Origin: Octopus vulgaris
Lineage: Eukaryota
NCBI GenBank assembly: GCA_951406725.2
Contig: OX597815.1
Location: forward strand, 167,586,001 to 167,650,000
DNA: 64,000 bases
Reading direction: 5' to 3'
Shown here: positions 1-10,777 of the stretch, piece after piece
How the letters are laid out: the number at the start of each line of letters is the position of its first letter
How positions within the stretch are numbered: position 1 is the first letter of the stretch
The notes under the pieces: generated by a model
The model's database searches: none
What the model was told of the DNA's origin: nothing
Seen by the model: only the letters and a program-made list of their open reading frames with translations
Made by a program: the position numbers and the translations under genes

Positions 1-252
1 ACATTTATTATTATTATTATTATTACATTTATTATTATTATTATTACATTTATTATTATTATTATTATCATCATCATCATCAACATCATCATCATCATCA
101 TCAATATTATTGTTGTTGTTGGTTTTGTTACTGTTGTTAAATTTCTGCACCATTTCAAATGTTTAAAGTAAATCTTGAACTGAATCCTCAGAGAGAAATT
201 AAAGTGATTAGTACACTCTCTGTCTATGCATGAATGTATGTATGCACGTATA

Positions 253-454
253 TATAAGGAAAGTTTACGATAAAAACAAAAGACGAAGACAGGTGGAGTA
301 CAAAACAAACAGATGTATTAGTATAACGCTCAGGAATAGAAAAAGTCTTTTACGTTTCGAGCCTACGCTCTTCTACAGAAAGGTACACAGAAAAAAACAA
401 GGAGAGAAAAAATATGTATGTATGTATATATACATGTATGTACACACACACACA

Positions 455-515
<61 letters not shown>

Positions 516-700
516 TTGTAACTACACGCATGCTCTTTGTGGTTTTTTTATTCCACTTTATCGGCTTTTCTGTTTTCCATCCTGTCGAAGAGCTATGCTC
601 GAAACGCCAAAAACTCTCTTTTTACCGAACGTCAAACTAATAAGTTTTATGTGCACGACCTCTTTCTTGGTGTTTATTATTGCTATTTTTAATGTATGTT
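253..700. mobile_element. Two diverged, divergently oriented PLE pseudo-LTR-like repeats flanking a (TA)n tract
   Basis: Each carries a minimal hammerhead-like motif with a GAGC/GCTC stem II (347-382 minus; 582-608 plus). A related tail recurs at ~40060-40110. Confidence 0.55.
347..382 (-). ncRNA. Minimal type-I hammerhead-like motif with A6U core variant
   Basis: Reverse complement reads CUUU-CUGUAGA-A-GAGC-GUAG-GCUC-GAAA-CG-UA-AAAG: stem I CUUU/AAAG, stem II GAGC/GCUC, palindromic stem III ACGU, GUA triplet. Confidence 0.6.
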
Positions 701-825
701 TATTTATTTAACTGCATATGTGTTTGTGTGTGTGTGTGTGTACGCGTACGTATGTGTGTATGTATATATGTATGTATATTCTTTTTTTTTTTCAGTCAAT
801 TGACCGCGGCCGTGCTAGAGCACCG

Positions 826-888
<63 letters not shown>

Positions 889-904
889 ATGTGTGTATTT
901 TTCC

Positions 905-1853
905 CTTGTTTACAACTAACATGGAAAAAATAAATAAACAGTTACCATGGTAGCAAAATATTACACAAGCAATAAGGACGTAACACCCTGTTTGTATTGG
1001 TAGAAACTCCGGGTTTATGTGAAATATTTTGTATAATATATATAAATAAATAAACGGAGTTAAACGCAGGTGTTATTCAAAATCTTTTACTTCCAACATA
1101 TGTTTCGAAGACAGCATTGGTATTATTCCAAAGGAATATAATGGGGTAAAACAATGTAATCTTCTCACCAGGGAAAGAAACCAAACACATCAATAAGACA
1201 TTTTAACAGAATGTGATGGATGTGTATAATGATGAATGGAACGCTATTAAGTTTTTTTTTAAAAAAGACCGTTAGAAGATATAACGTCAAAGGTAGCCTA
1301 TAGAAAGAGAAGGAGTAAAGGAAAGAAATAAGCAGAAAACTAATAAAGGAGAAACATAGAGCGATATGTGAATTAAAAGAAAAGCTTAAATGCTTGGAAA
1401 TAGATATATCTAGTGGAAGTGAAATGTAAGAAGAAAATCAATGTTCAAATTATATATAATGGTAGATATCACTTATATGAACTAAAGGTATGTTTCTGCC
1501 AATGTTTACACCAATAAGCACGCTCTATAAACGTGTTTACAAGGGGATTCTTAGAAAATAGAATAGAAAATAGTTCACTATTACAGAGCTGGCAGAATTC
1601 TTTACCTTTATGATATGGGAATGAAATGGAGAGAATCAACCAATCTAAATTAAATTGTTTATTATGGTCTTTTAGATACACATCCATCACATTCTGTTAA
1701 AATGTCTTATTGATGAGTTTGGTTTCTTTCTTTCTTTCTCAGATGGGAAGATTACATTGTTTTACACCATTTTATTCCTTTGGAATAATACCAATGTTGT
1801 CTTCGAAACATATGTCGGAAGTAAAAGAATTTGAATAACATCTGCATTTAACT

Positions 1854-1856
<3 letters not shown>
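905..1856. mobile_element. PLE remnant: inverted pseudo-LTR pair around the 3' end of a GIY-YIG ORF
   Basis: ~1050-1226 is an inverted copy of ~1675-1856. Minus ORF 1469-1690 contains PYHKGKEFCQLCNSELFSILF..LVN, matching the C-terminus of the PLE ORF at 38738 (PYTNGSGRCGLCDMERWLI...LN). Bounded by (TA)n on both sides. Confidence 0.7.
1090..1176 (-). ncRNA. Degenerate hammerhead motif in pLTR (second copy 1735-1821, plus strand)
   Basis: UUUCC-CUGGUGA-GAAGA..UCUUC-GAAA-CAUAUG-UU-GGAAG. The other copy has CAGAUGG and GUC; combining the two restores CUGAUGA/GUC. Confidence 0.6.
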
Positions 1857-1903
<47 letters not shown>

Positions 1904-4053
1904 TTTCAACAATTGAGGGTAAAATTAATTAATTATTAATCAATTTCACCAAGTATTCAGTATGTAAAGGGACCATTTAAGGCGAATTCAAAATATTACA
2001 TTTTATAAAGGGCTTAGTAAAATAAATTACTTTGCCACATACTGAACTCATTAGAAATAGCAGCTAAAAAAATTTTTTTAGCCAAATTCTAATACTTAAA
2101 GAAAATTTCTCTCAGATAGTGCTTACTCAAAATAGCCCACGAAGGTATGGGGGTAAAAACATTAAAAAATCACATATGCAAAGGTTATTTGAGAACGTAC
2201 GTTTCTAGATCAGCCAAATACAATTCGACATTTCTTTCGTCAGCCCAAAATTCCTTAATTCGGATTTGTAAACACTGAAAGTAGGAGCATACCCTTTTGG
2301 TGACTTTTCACCTTCGAAGATCCGTTCAGACTACCAGTGCCAACAAATTCAAAATATGCAAGCGAAGAATTTCTGCCCTCCCCTTTCCACCCACGTGGGC
2401 TAAGTTAGCAAACACCATAATTTTATCGGTGAAAACCGAAGGATTAAACAGAGAGAAATGAATTATAATTTCAACAATTGAGGGTAAAATTAATTAATTA
2501 TTAATCAATTTCACCAAGTATTCAGTATGTAAAGGGACCATTTAAGGCGAATTCAAAATATTACATTTTATAAAGGGCTTAGTAAAATAAATTACTTTGC
2601 CACATACTGAACTCATTAGAAATAGCAGCTAAAAAAATTTTTTTAGCCAAATTCTAATACTTAAAGAAAATTTCTCTCAGATAGTGCTTACTCAAAATAG
2701 CCCACGAAGGTATGGGGGTAAAAACATTAAAAAATCACATATGCAAAGGTTATTTGAGAACGTACGTTTCTAGATCAGCCAAATACAATTCGACATTTCT
2801 TTCGTCAGCCCAAAATTCCTTAATTCGGATTTGTAAACACTGAAAGTAGGAGCATACCCTTTTGGTGACTTTTCACCTTCGAAGATCCGTTCAGACTACC
2901 AGTGCCAACAAATTCAAAATATGCAAGCGAAGAATTTCTGCCCTCCCCTTTCCACCCACGTGGGCTAAGTTAGCAAACACCATAATTTTATCGGTGAAAA
3001 CCGAAGGATTAAACAGAGAGAAATGAATTATAATTTCAACAATTGAGGGTAAAATTAATTAATTATTAATCAATTTCACCAAGTATTCAGTATGTAAAGG
3101 GACCATTTAAGGCGAATTCAAAATATTACATTTTATAAAGGGCTTAGTAAAATAAATTACTTTGCCACATACTGAACTCATTAGAAATAGCAGCTAAAAA
3201 AATTTTTTTAGCCAAATTCTAATACTTAAAGAAAATTTCTCTCAGATAGTGCTTACTCAAAATAGCCCACGAAGGTATGGGGGTAAAAACATTAAAAAAT
3301 CACATATGCAAAGGTTATTTGAGAACGTACGTTTCTAGATCAGCCAAATACAATTCGACATTTCTTTCGTCAGCCCAAAATTCCTTAATTCGGATTTGTA
3401 AACACTGAAAGTAGGAGCATACCCTTTTGGTGACTTTTCACCTTCGAAGATCCGTTCAGACTACCAGTGCCAACAAATTCAAAATATGCAAGCGAAGAGT
3501 TTCTGCCCTCCCCTTTCCACCCACGTGGGCTAAGTTAGCAAACACCATAATTTTATCGGTGAAAACCGAAGGATTAAACAGAGAGAAATGAATTATAATT
3601 TCAACAATTGAGGGTAAAATTAATTAATTATTAATCAATTTCACCAAGTATTCAGTATGTAAAGGGACCATTTAAGGCGAATTCAAAATATTACATTTTA
3701 TAAAGGGCTTAGTAAAATAAATTACTTTGCCACATACTGAACTCATTAGAAATAGCAGCTAAAAAAAATTTTTTAGCCAAATTCTAATACTTAAAGAAAA
3801 TTTCTCTCAGATAGTGCTTACTCAAAATAGCCCACGAAGGTATGGGGGTAAAAACATTAAAAAATCACATATGCAAAGGTTATTTGAGAACGTACGTTTC
3901 TAGATCAGCCAAATACAATTCGACATTTCTTTCGTCAGCCCAAAATTCCTTAATTCGGATTTGTAAACACTGAAAGTAGGAGCATACCCTTTTGGTGACT
4001 TTTCACCTTCGAAGATCCGTTCAGACTACCAGTGCCAACAAATTCAAAATATG
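1904..4053 (-). repeat. 565-bp tandem array, ~3.8 near-identical units, one hammerhead per unit
   Basis: TTTCAAC ends at 1910, 2475, 3040 and 3605 (period 565). Only isolated differences seen (e.g. G at 3499; A/T run in unit 4). Starts immediately after (TA)n. Confidence 0.95.
2188..2249 (-). ncRNA. Type-I hammerhead ribozyme motif (further copies 2753-2814, 3318-3379, 3883-3944)
   Basis: UUUGGG-CUGACGA-A-AGA..UCU-A-GAAA-CGUACG-UU-CUCAAA: canonical core, 6-bp stem I, palindromic stem III ACGUACGU, GUU triplet; position 10.1-11.1 is A.A. Confidence 0.8.
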
Positions 4054-4846
4054 TCGAATTGTATTTGGCTGATCTAGAAACGTACGTTCTCAAATAACCT
4101 TTGCATATGTGATTTTTTAATGTTTTTACCCCCATACCTTCGTGGGCTATTTTGAGTAAGCACTATCTGAGAGAAATTTTCTTTAAGTATTAGAATTTGG
4201 CTAAAAAAATTTTTTTAGCTGCTATTTCTAATGAGTTCAGTATGTGGCAAAGTAATTTATTTTACTAAGCCCTTTATAAAATGTAATATTTTGAATTCGC
4301 CTTAAATGGTCCCTTTACATACTGAATACTTGGTGAAATTGATTAATAATTAATTAATTTTACCCTCAATTGTTGAAATTATAATTCATTTCTCTCTGTT
4401 TAATCCTTCGGTTTTCACCGATAAAATTATGGTGTTTGCTAACTTAGCCCACGTGGGTGGAAAGGGGAGGGCAGAAATTCTTCGCTTGCATATTTTGAAT
4501 TTGTTGGCACTGGTAGTCTGAACGGATCTTCGAAGGTGAAAAGTCACCAAAAGGGTATGCTCCTACTTTCAGTGTTTACAAATCCGAATTAAGGAATTTT
4601 GGGCTGACGAAAGAAATGTCGAATTGTATTTGGCTGATCTAGAAACGTACGTTCTCAAATAACCTTTGCATATGTGATTTTTTAATGTTTTTACCCCATA
4701 CCTTCGTGGGCTATTTTGAGTAAGCACTATCTGAGAGAAATTTTCTTTAAGTATTAGAATTTGGCTAAAAAAATTTTTTTAGCTGCTATTTCTAATGAGT
4801 TCAGTATGTGGCAAAGTAATTTATTTTACTAAGCCCTTTATAAAAT
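4051..4846 (+). repeat. Inverted ~1.4 units of the same 565-bp repeat
   Basis: Reverse complement of 3130-3926 apart from a 1-nt indel and a substitution in the A/T run. ATG microhomology at the junction (4051-4053). Ends in (TA)n. Confidence 0.95.
4598..4659 (+). ncRNA. Type-I hammerhead ribozyme motif in the inverted arm
   Basis: TTTGGG CTGACGA ...TCTA GAAA CGTACG TT CTCAAA read directly on the plus strand; predicted cleavage after 4653. Confidence 0.8.
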
Positions 4847-4929
4847 ATATATATATATATATATATATTCGAAACTACGATTTTACGCACAATACCCCAA
4901 CCACGAGGCCACGCACCCTCATATAGACA

Positions 4930-6225
4930 AGGAGAAGTTCAAAATTATCCACATTTTCGACAAAATTTTGTTTGGCATGATTACAGTACCTTCAACGCTT
5001 GTGTGCTAAATAGTGGTACTTTTGTGGTCAACTGACAGGTTTTGATCTCTATAACACCAGTTTTCTTTCTTGTATTACAGAGTTAACATAGCTGCTCCGT
5101 TGGCAGTGTGCATCAAGGAAGCACAAAGAAGACTAATCCGATTTCTCTGGTCTGAAATGTGTGAGGGACTGAAATTCATCGCAGGCTCTCAGCGCCTCAC
5201 AGACACATTTTTCTACCGCGTAGAAATGTGTATGAGTGGATCGAGGAGTTTAAAAAATGGCTGGACAAATGTGAAGCAGGAAGAGGGAGCAAGGTGCTCA
5301 TCAACCGCCACCATTGATGTGAAGATTCAACAAGCTCGAGAGATAATTCTGGCGAACCAGCGAGTGAGTATTGATGAGATGGTATGTTCTCTGCAAATTC
5401 GTCATAGTTCTGCGTATGAAATTGTCCACGACCAGTTTCGCTTTTATAAAGTTTCTGCAGGGTGATTGCCAAGAGAGCTAACCAAAGCACATAAGTGCAA
5501 TCGTGTGGGTATCTATCAACACTTATTTGACCACTACAATGATGAAGGCGCAGGTACCTCAGACAGTTCTCTCTAAGCTACCTTAGAGAGAACTGTCATA
5601 GGAGATGAAATCTGGGTCCATCTCTTTGGACCAGAATCCAAAAGGCAGAGTATAGCATGGAAACATCAAGAAACGTCTGCAAAAAAAAAATATTCAAGAC
5701 GTAAACCTTCTGCAGCAAAAGTCATGCCAAACGTTTTTTTGGGACACAAAAGGGCCTATACTGGAACATTACGTGGAAAAAGGATACTACAGTCATTAGT
5801 GTAGACTACAGTGAAATTTTGGAGAACAAACTGAAACCTGTAATTCTCACCAAACACTGAGGTCTATTATCAAAGTAAGTGTTATTGTCACATGACAACG
5901 CACGCCCACATATGGCTGTCCACACTGTTGAAACCATTGTAAAACTTGGTTTTGATTTGCTGGAAACCCTACATACAGTCTAGATTTTGCTCCTTCTGAC
6001 TATCACCTTTTTAGACCGTTTAAACATCCTTTACGAGGTTGTCAGTTTACTGCAAACCAAGAAGCGCGGGAAGCGGTGCATAAATGGCTGCCGACCAGAT
6101 GTAAGCTTTCTTCTTCGATAGAATAAGTAAGATTGTGGACCATTGCAAGAAGTGCATCGAAAAGCAAGGAAACTATATCTAAAAATTTTGTAAGTGTTCA
6201 ACCGCTGCTTTTGTTTTATTAAATT
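4930..6225 (+). mobile_element. Degenerate mariner (DD34D-type) transposon
   Basis: Broken frames give an HTH region (ORF 5070-5465), LPRELT (WVP-like), GDEIWV, HDNARPH, YSLDFAPSDYHLF and KKCIEKQGNY. Confidence 0.9.
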
Positions 6226-6833
6226 TCACTGGTGGTGTGGTGTGGTGTTGATGGACGGTTTGGTAGAATTGTTTATATCTTTGTCTGTTTTTGTATTAAT
6301 GCTGGCAACGCTTGTGTATTTGTATGTGCGTCCTTATATGTTAGTTTTAACAACAAAAATGTGAGGTTATAAAAAAATGATAGAGGTGGATTTAGTTTTT
6401 GGTTAGTATTTATCTAAGAATGTTAATTTGGCTATTTGTAGGACGGAGAATGGGAAAATAAATCATTTTATGGGAAATGGAATTCAAGGTGTGGTTGAAT
6501 AGAAATTTTCTTGGCTTAAGTAATTTTGATTCAAAGTCAGTTCAGGTTGTGTTGTTGAATAGAAGGGAGAGGTAGATTAGTTGGTGAAGTAGTTTTTATT
6601 GGAATAGGAGGTGAGTCATGTGAGGTATTGTACTGGGCTGTAAAGCCTAAGTTTGTGCTGTAGAAAGGCACTGACAAATTAAAACACAGAGGCAGACAAA
6701 GTATCAGAGAGACAGACTTGCACAGATATATACACCATGATTATATATATCCAGTATCCCTGCTTATATAAAGCATCCAAGCACGCATACTGAAGCGCAT
6801 AAATTACAAGTGCTGTAGAACGTTGGTAATAGC

Positions 6834-7046
6834 CTTTCTGCTATAGACACAAGGTCTGAAATTTGGGAGAGCGGGGACTTGTTGATTACATTAACTCCAA
6901 TATTCAACTGACATTTATATTATCGAACCCCGAAAGAATGAAAGACAAAATCGACTTTGGTGGCTTTTGAACTCAGGACGTAAAGACATACGAAATGCCG
7001 CTAAGCATTTTGTCCAGCGTGCTAATAATTCTGCCAGCTTGCCACC
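6834..7046 (-). mobile_element. SINE family B, diverged copy
   Basis: Similar to the copies at 47503 and 37970 (CTGGCAGAA head, GAGTTCAAA B-box-like motif, TTTCATyCTTTCGGGGT core). Confidence 0.7.
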
Positions 7047-7479
7047 AAGTATATTGGTAATAACGCATAAAAGAATAAGCCCTTATAGTATGTCTTAGAG
7101 TATAATTAAATTTATTTGGCTGGCTCATATTCGAAAAATTCTCAAATTTATATTACATGGTCAGGATACACCGTTGGTAGGAAATTCTCCAAAAGTAACA
7201 TCTGCCTGTAGCGACAGTACGAAAAAATATCTTGGAGTTTTTATTGAAGGACACAGCGAGTAGTTTCAGTGTTTTGGTATTTACAGGTAGGCAAATTTAT
7301 AGTTACGTGATCTGAGGAATGTGGAGTATATATAACAATGATATTCCAAGTTGAAGTAGGAAGGTGTCCTTGCTCCATGGTTTTGTTATTGAATCTTTGC
7401 AAAAAAGTAAAAGTTTTTATCTTCTTGATTATAAATAGAATAGTTGTTTGTAATGTGCGTGGGGATATTGAATCCGATC

Positions 7480-8580
7480 TTATTAATTTTATGAAACGCT
7501 AATATTTCGAAGTAGGACCGAAATATTTTGAACAATTATAGGACATCTTCCTTATATTCGCTCAGTAACCTTGCACTTGCAGACAAATGAAATAATATAT
7601 GCCAACTGAGAACTTTATTTCACATAAACTATAATAATAGAACTCACCCAAAAGCAGCTCTTCAACATACAATTCCAGATATTTTATGTGAATGAACTAC
7701 ACATCCTTCCGAATAGACTACAGAAAACAACTCAGGTAACCCATTGTTTAGCATTTCTATGGGGAGCTGCTGTTGCGCTGAGGTATTCCATCTTGAAGGT
7801 TTGTTCGTCTTTGACACTATTTGAAAGTGATCTTTCCCCACATGACTCTGGCCTGCACAGAGATGATAATCTTCAAATCTTACACAATATGAGTGGCCAT
7901 ACTACTGAAAAACTTAGAAAAGACTTAAGAATATTCACTGAGTTTTTCTTACATATATATGTTAATGAAAGTTTACGTTGATTGTTAGGATGTAATTATA
8001 GCTTACATTTACATCTTAGACAAATTATGCACATAATATTACGATGTCCTATTCTTGTCTAGAAAACACCACTTCCACCAATAAACATTACAATCTAAAA
8101 TGTATATCAACACAACCCACGTGTCAGAAACCATCTGGAATTTGTTGAAATTAATTCTTCCGTTCACTGAAGTAAGCTTTACTCTCCAAAGGAGTAATAT
8201 AGCGATCATCAGTTATATTACAACTGGCGGTGGCGCGAAAAACTATACGGAGCAAGCAACTAACAACTTCAAGGGAAATTACAATGAACACTTGTACTCA
8301 TTTGCGTCTAAGAACAGGAAAACGTAGCTTACGTCTCCCGACTAACCCGGAAAGCTCGACACCAAGGATACGATTGCGCTTTTATAACTTGAAATATTAC
8401 TGAGGGAAAGCTATTTGTATTCCAGTGTAGCCACAGTCTTTACGTGGCTGAACTGGTCCAGATAGTAAAACGCCAGCGTTGTCCCTTAATAGACAATCCA
8501 ATGTTCTTTCTAACTCCCACTACAGGTGAGCGTTCTTTGAGAAAATAAATATTCAGCCAGTTCTCCAGCTCGATATTTAA
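7480..8580 (+). mobile_element. Highly degenerate Penelope-like element (RT plus GIY-YIG remnants)
   Basis: GLHRDDNLQI..TEKLRKDLRIF corresponds to GLYRDDGL; KNY....NNFKGNYNEHLYSF corresponds to the GIY-YIG YIG..FK.R..NH..SF motif. Confidence 0.65.
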
Positions 8581-8826
8581 GATTGTTACCAAGGAATACA
8601 AATTTGAGAACTCATCGATCCTACTTTGTCGATGCATAGACACCATGTCCAATAGTCTTCCTTATAATTTAGTGATCTAATTCAATAGATCGTAACCATT
8701 TTTTGCCTGTGAACCTATTTGATTCCTATTTTACTCCGATGGACCCTCATAGCCGTTAGATGTTAAAAAAAATATCATTAATTGTAGTTTTATAGTTAAA
8801 TATTATTAGGAATTGTAAAAACAATT

Positions 8827-9240
8827 CTCTTTTCTCTTTTACTTGTTTCAGTCATTTGACTGTGGCCATGCTGGAGGACCGCCTTTAGTCGAGCAAGTCG
8901 ACCCCAGGACTTATTCTTTGTAAGCCAAGTACTTATTGTATCGGGTCTTTTTTGCCGAACCGCTAAGTTACGGGGACGTAAACACACCAGCATCGGTTGT
9001 CAAGCGATATTGGGGGGACAAACACAGATACACAAACATATATACACACATACATACATATATATATACATATGTACGACGGGCTTCTTTCAGTTTCCGT
9101 CTACCAAATCGACTCACAAGGCTTTGGTCGGCCCGAGACTATAGTAGAAGACACTTGCCCAAGGTGCCACGCAGTGGGACTAAACCCGGAACCATGAGGT
9201 TCGTAAGTATGCTACTTACCACACAGCCACTCCTACACCT
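8827..9240 (-). mobile_element. SINE family A, full length
   Basis: tRNA-like head (GGCTGTGTGGTAAG..GGTTCCGGGTTtAGTCCC), conserved core, internal microsatellite and tail CCAGCATGGCCACAGTCAAATGACTGAAACAAGTAAAAGAG; repeated throughout the window. Confidence 0.9.
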
Positions 9241-10331
9241 ATGTAAAAGTTTTTTGTGTATTTTAGAAGTATAATTCGTTTATTAGACATGAATTTTAGT
9301 AAAATCTTATGTGGACACCCAAGGGTCATATGGACCCCGGTGGACAACCACTGCTCTAATTAAAGGCCAGTTTCACTTTTTCCGCCATTTTGCAAGCCTT
9401 GACTAATAAGAGTCAAACTCATGGGCGTCCAGTTAGGAGCGATTTAATCAACATCTCGCAGTTACATGTCTATTCACGATGATGCACATATAAGACTTGA
9501 ATAATAAAATGCAGAATCTAATTATAATATAAACTTCACTAAATCCATTGATATTCACTTATGTTGTTTGTTAAAATAAGCGTGTGCATACGTATATTCA
9601 TACATACACACGCGCAGGTTCTCTCACACACATAGTACACACATACACACAAACACATATATAAGCATACGCACACATATATGTGTATACGTGCAATGCA
9701 TGTGTGTGTGGTGAGTGTGGAAGTAAACTGCATGTGGGTCGTGTATTTATGCTTGTATATACTTGTGTGTGTGCATGTGTGTATGGTTGTGCATGTGTGT
9801 TTGCGTGCATGTGTGTGTGTGTTTGTGTGTGTGTGTCTGTGTGTGTGAGCGACAATTATGTTAGAAATCTTGTGCAGTCATATCGACAAAAATAATAAAT
9901 TATCTTTTGCAACCATTTGATATATTTGAAAGCGTATCAAATGTTGAAACCAGACGATACCCAACACCCGCAACATTTTAGTTTGTGGGGTGGAGACGAG
10001 CGTTTATGTGTTATTCTGCTCTTTTCACAGCTATATATTAAGAAATCACTTAGGGTTAAGCAAAGATTAGAAAGTTAGACTAGAAACAAATTTAGTTCTC
10101 TTTTCTCACATTAAAAAATGTCCATTGAGATAAACGTTTTAAAATTGGTTCTAATTAATTATAATCTGGCAGGCAATTATTCACAAAAAACAACACGATA
10201 GCGAAAGAAACAGCACCAAACTTTAAATTATAAGTGCTACAAATGCTCAGCAAAAAAAAAAAACCCTTACAATTTCATGTGGTGATCACATATTCATAAC
10301 ATGTTAAATCAGGAAAGACTACTCACCTTTC

Positions 10332-10777
10332 GGATCTTTTCGGTTTGAACGGCAGTTTTTAACATAATTTCTAGGTAACTAAAAAAATTTTTAACTTCCT
10401 ATACTGGTAGAATGTGTTTATAAAACATCTTTTTCTCTTGGCTTTATTGAGAAAATTCTATAGTTTGTAAGATATTTGTTGGGTTTTTTTCTTCAATTTC
10501 TGCAATTTCAACCAATCACTGACGTCTATTGAGGTAAAAAAACATTCTGTGCCGTATGAATATGTCCCTCGTTTAAGAAACAGATTGGGTTTATTTACAT
10601 TTGTGAAGAACAAAAGATACCCTTCCCCCACCCCTAACCCTAATCCTAACCCTAACCTTAACTAACCCTAACCCTAAAACAGATTGAAATGCAATAGATC
10701 GATACTAGGGTCATAATTATTGGTGACAATTTCATATGACACCGCTAGAAAAACTGCCGTTCAAACCGAAAAGATCC
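10332..10777. mobile_element. MITE with 29-bp TIRs, 8-bp TSD and an internal telomere-type repeat
   Basis: GGATCTTTTCGGTTTGAACGGCAGTTTTT and its exact reverse complement; flanks CACCTTTC/CACCTTTT; degenerate (CCCTAA)n at 10632-10677. Confidence 0.9.

Noticed and set aside
1904-4846. CRISPR array or coding repeat
   Set aside because: Units are 565 bp and contiguous with no unique spacers or cas genes; the only listed ORF (61 aa) spans the inversion junction.
8936-9274. Recurring ORF family [21 protein letters not shown] (also 15303, 37095, 58470)
   Set aside because: Antisense translation of SINE family A.
10632-10677. True telomere or chromosome-fusion scar
   Set aside because: Short, degenerate and enclosed within MITE TIRs.
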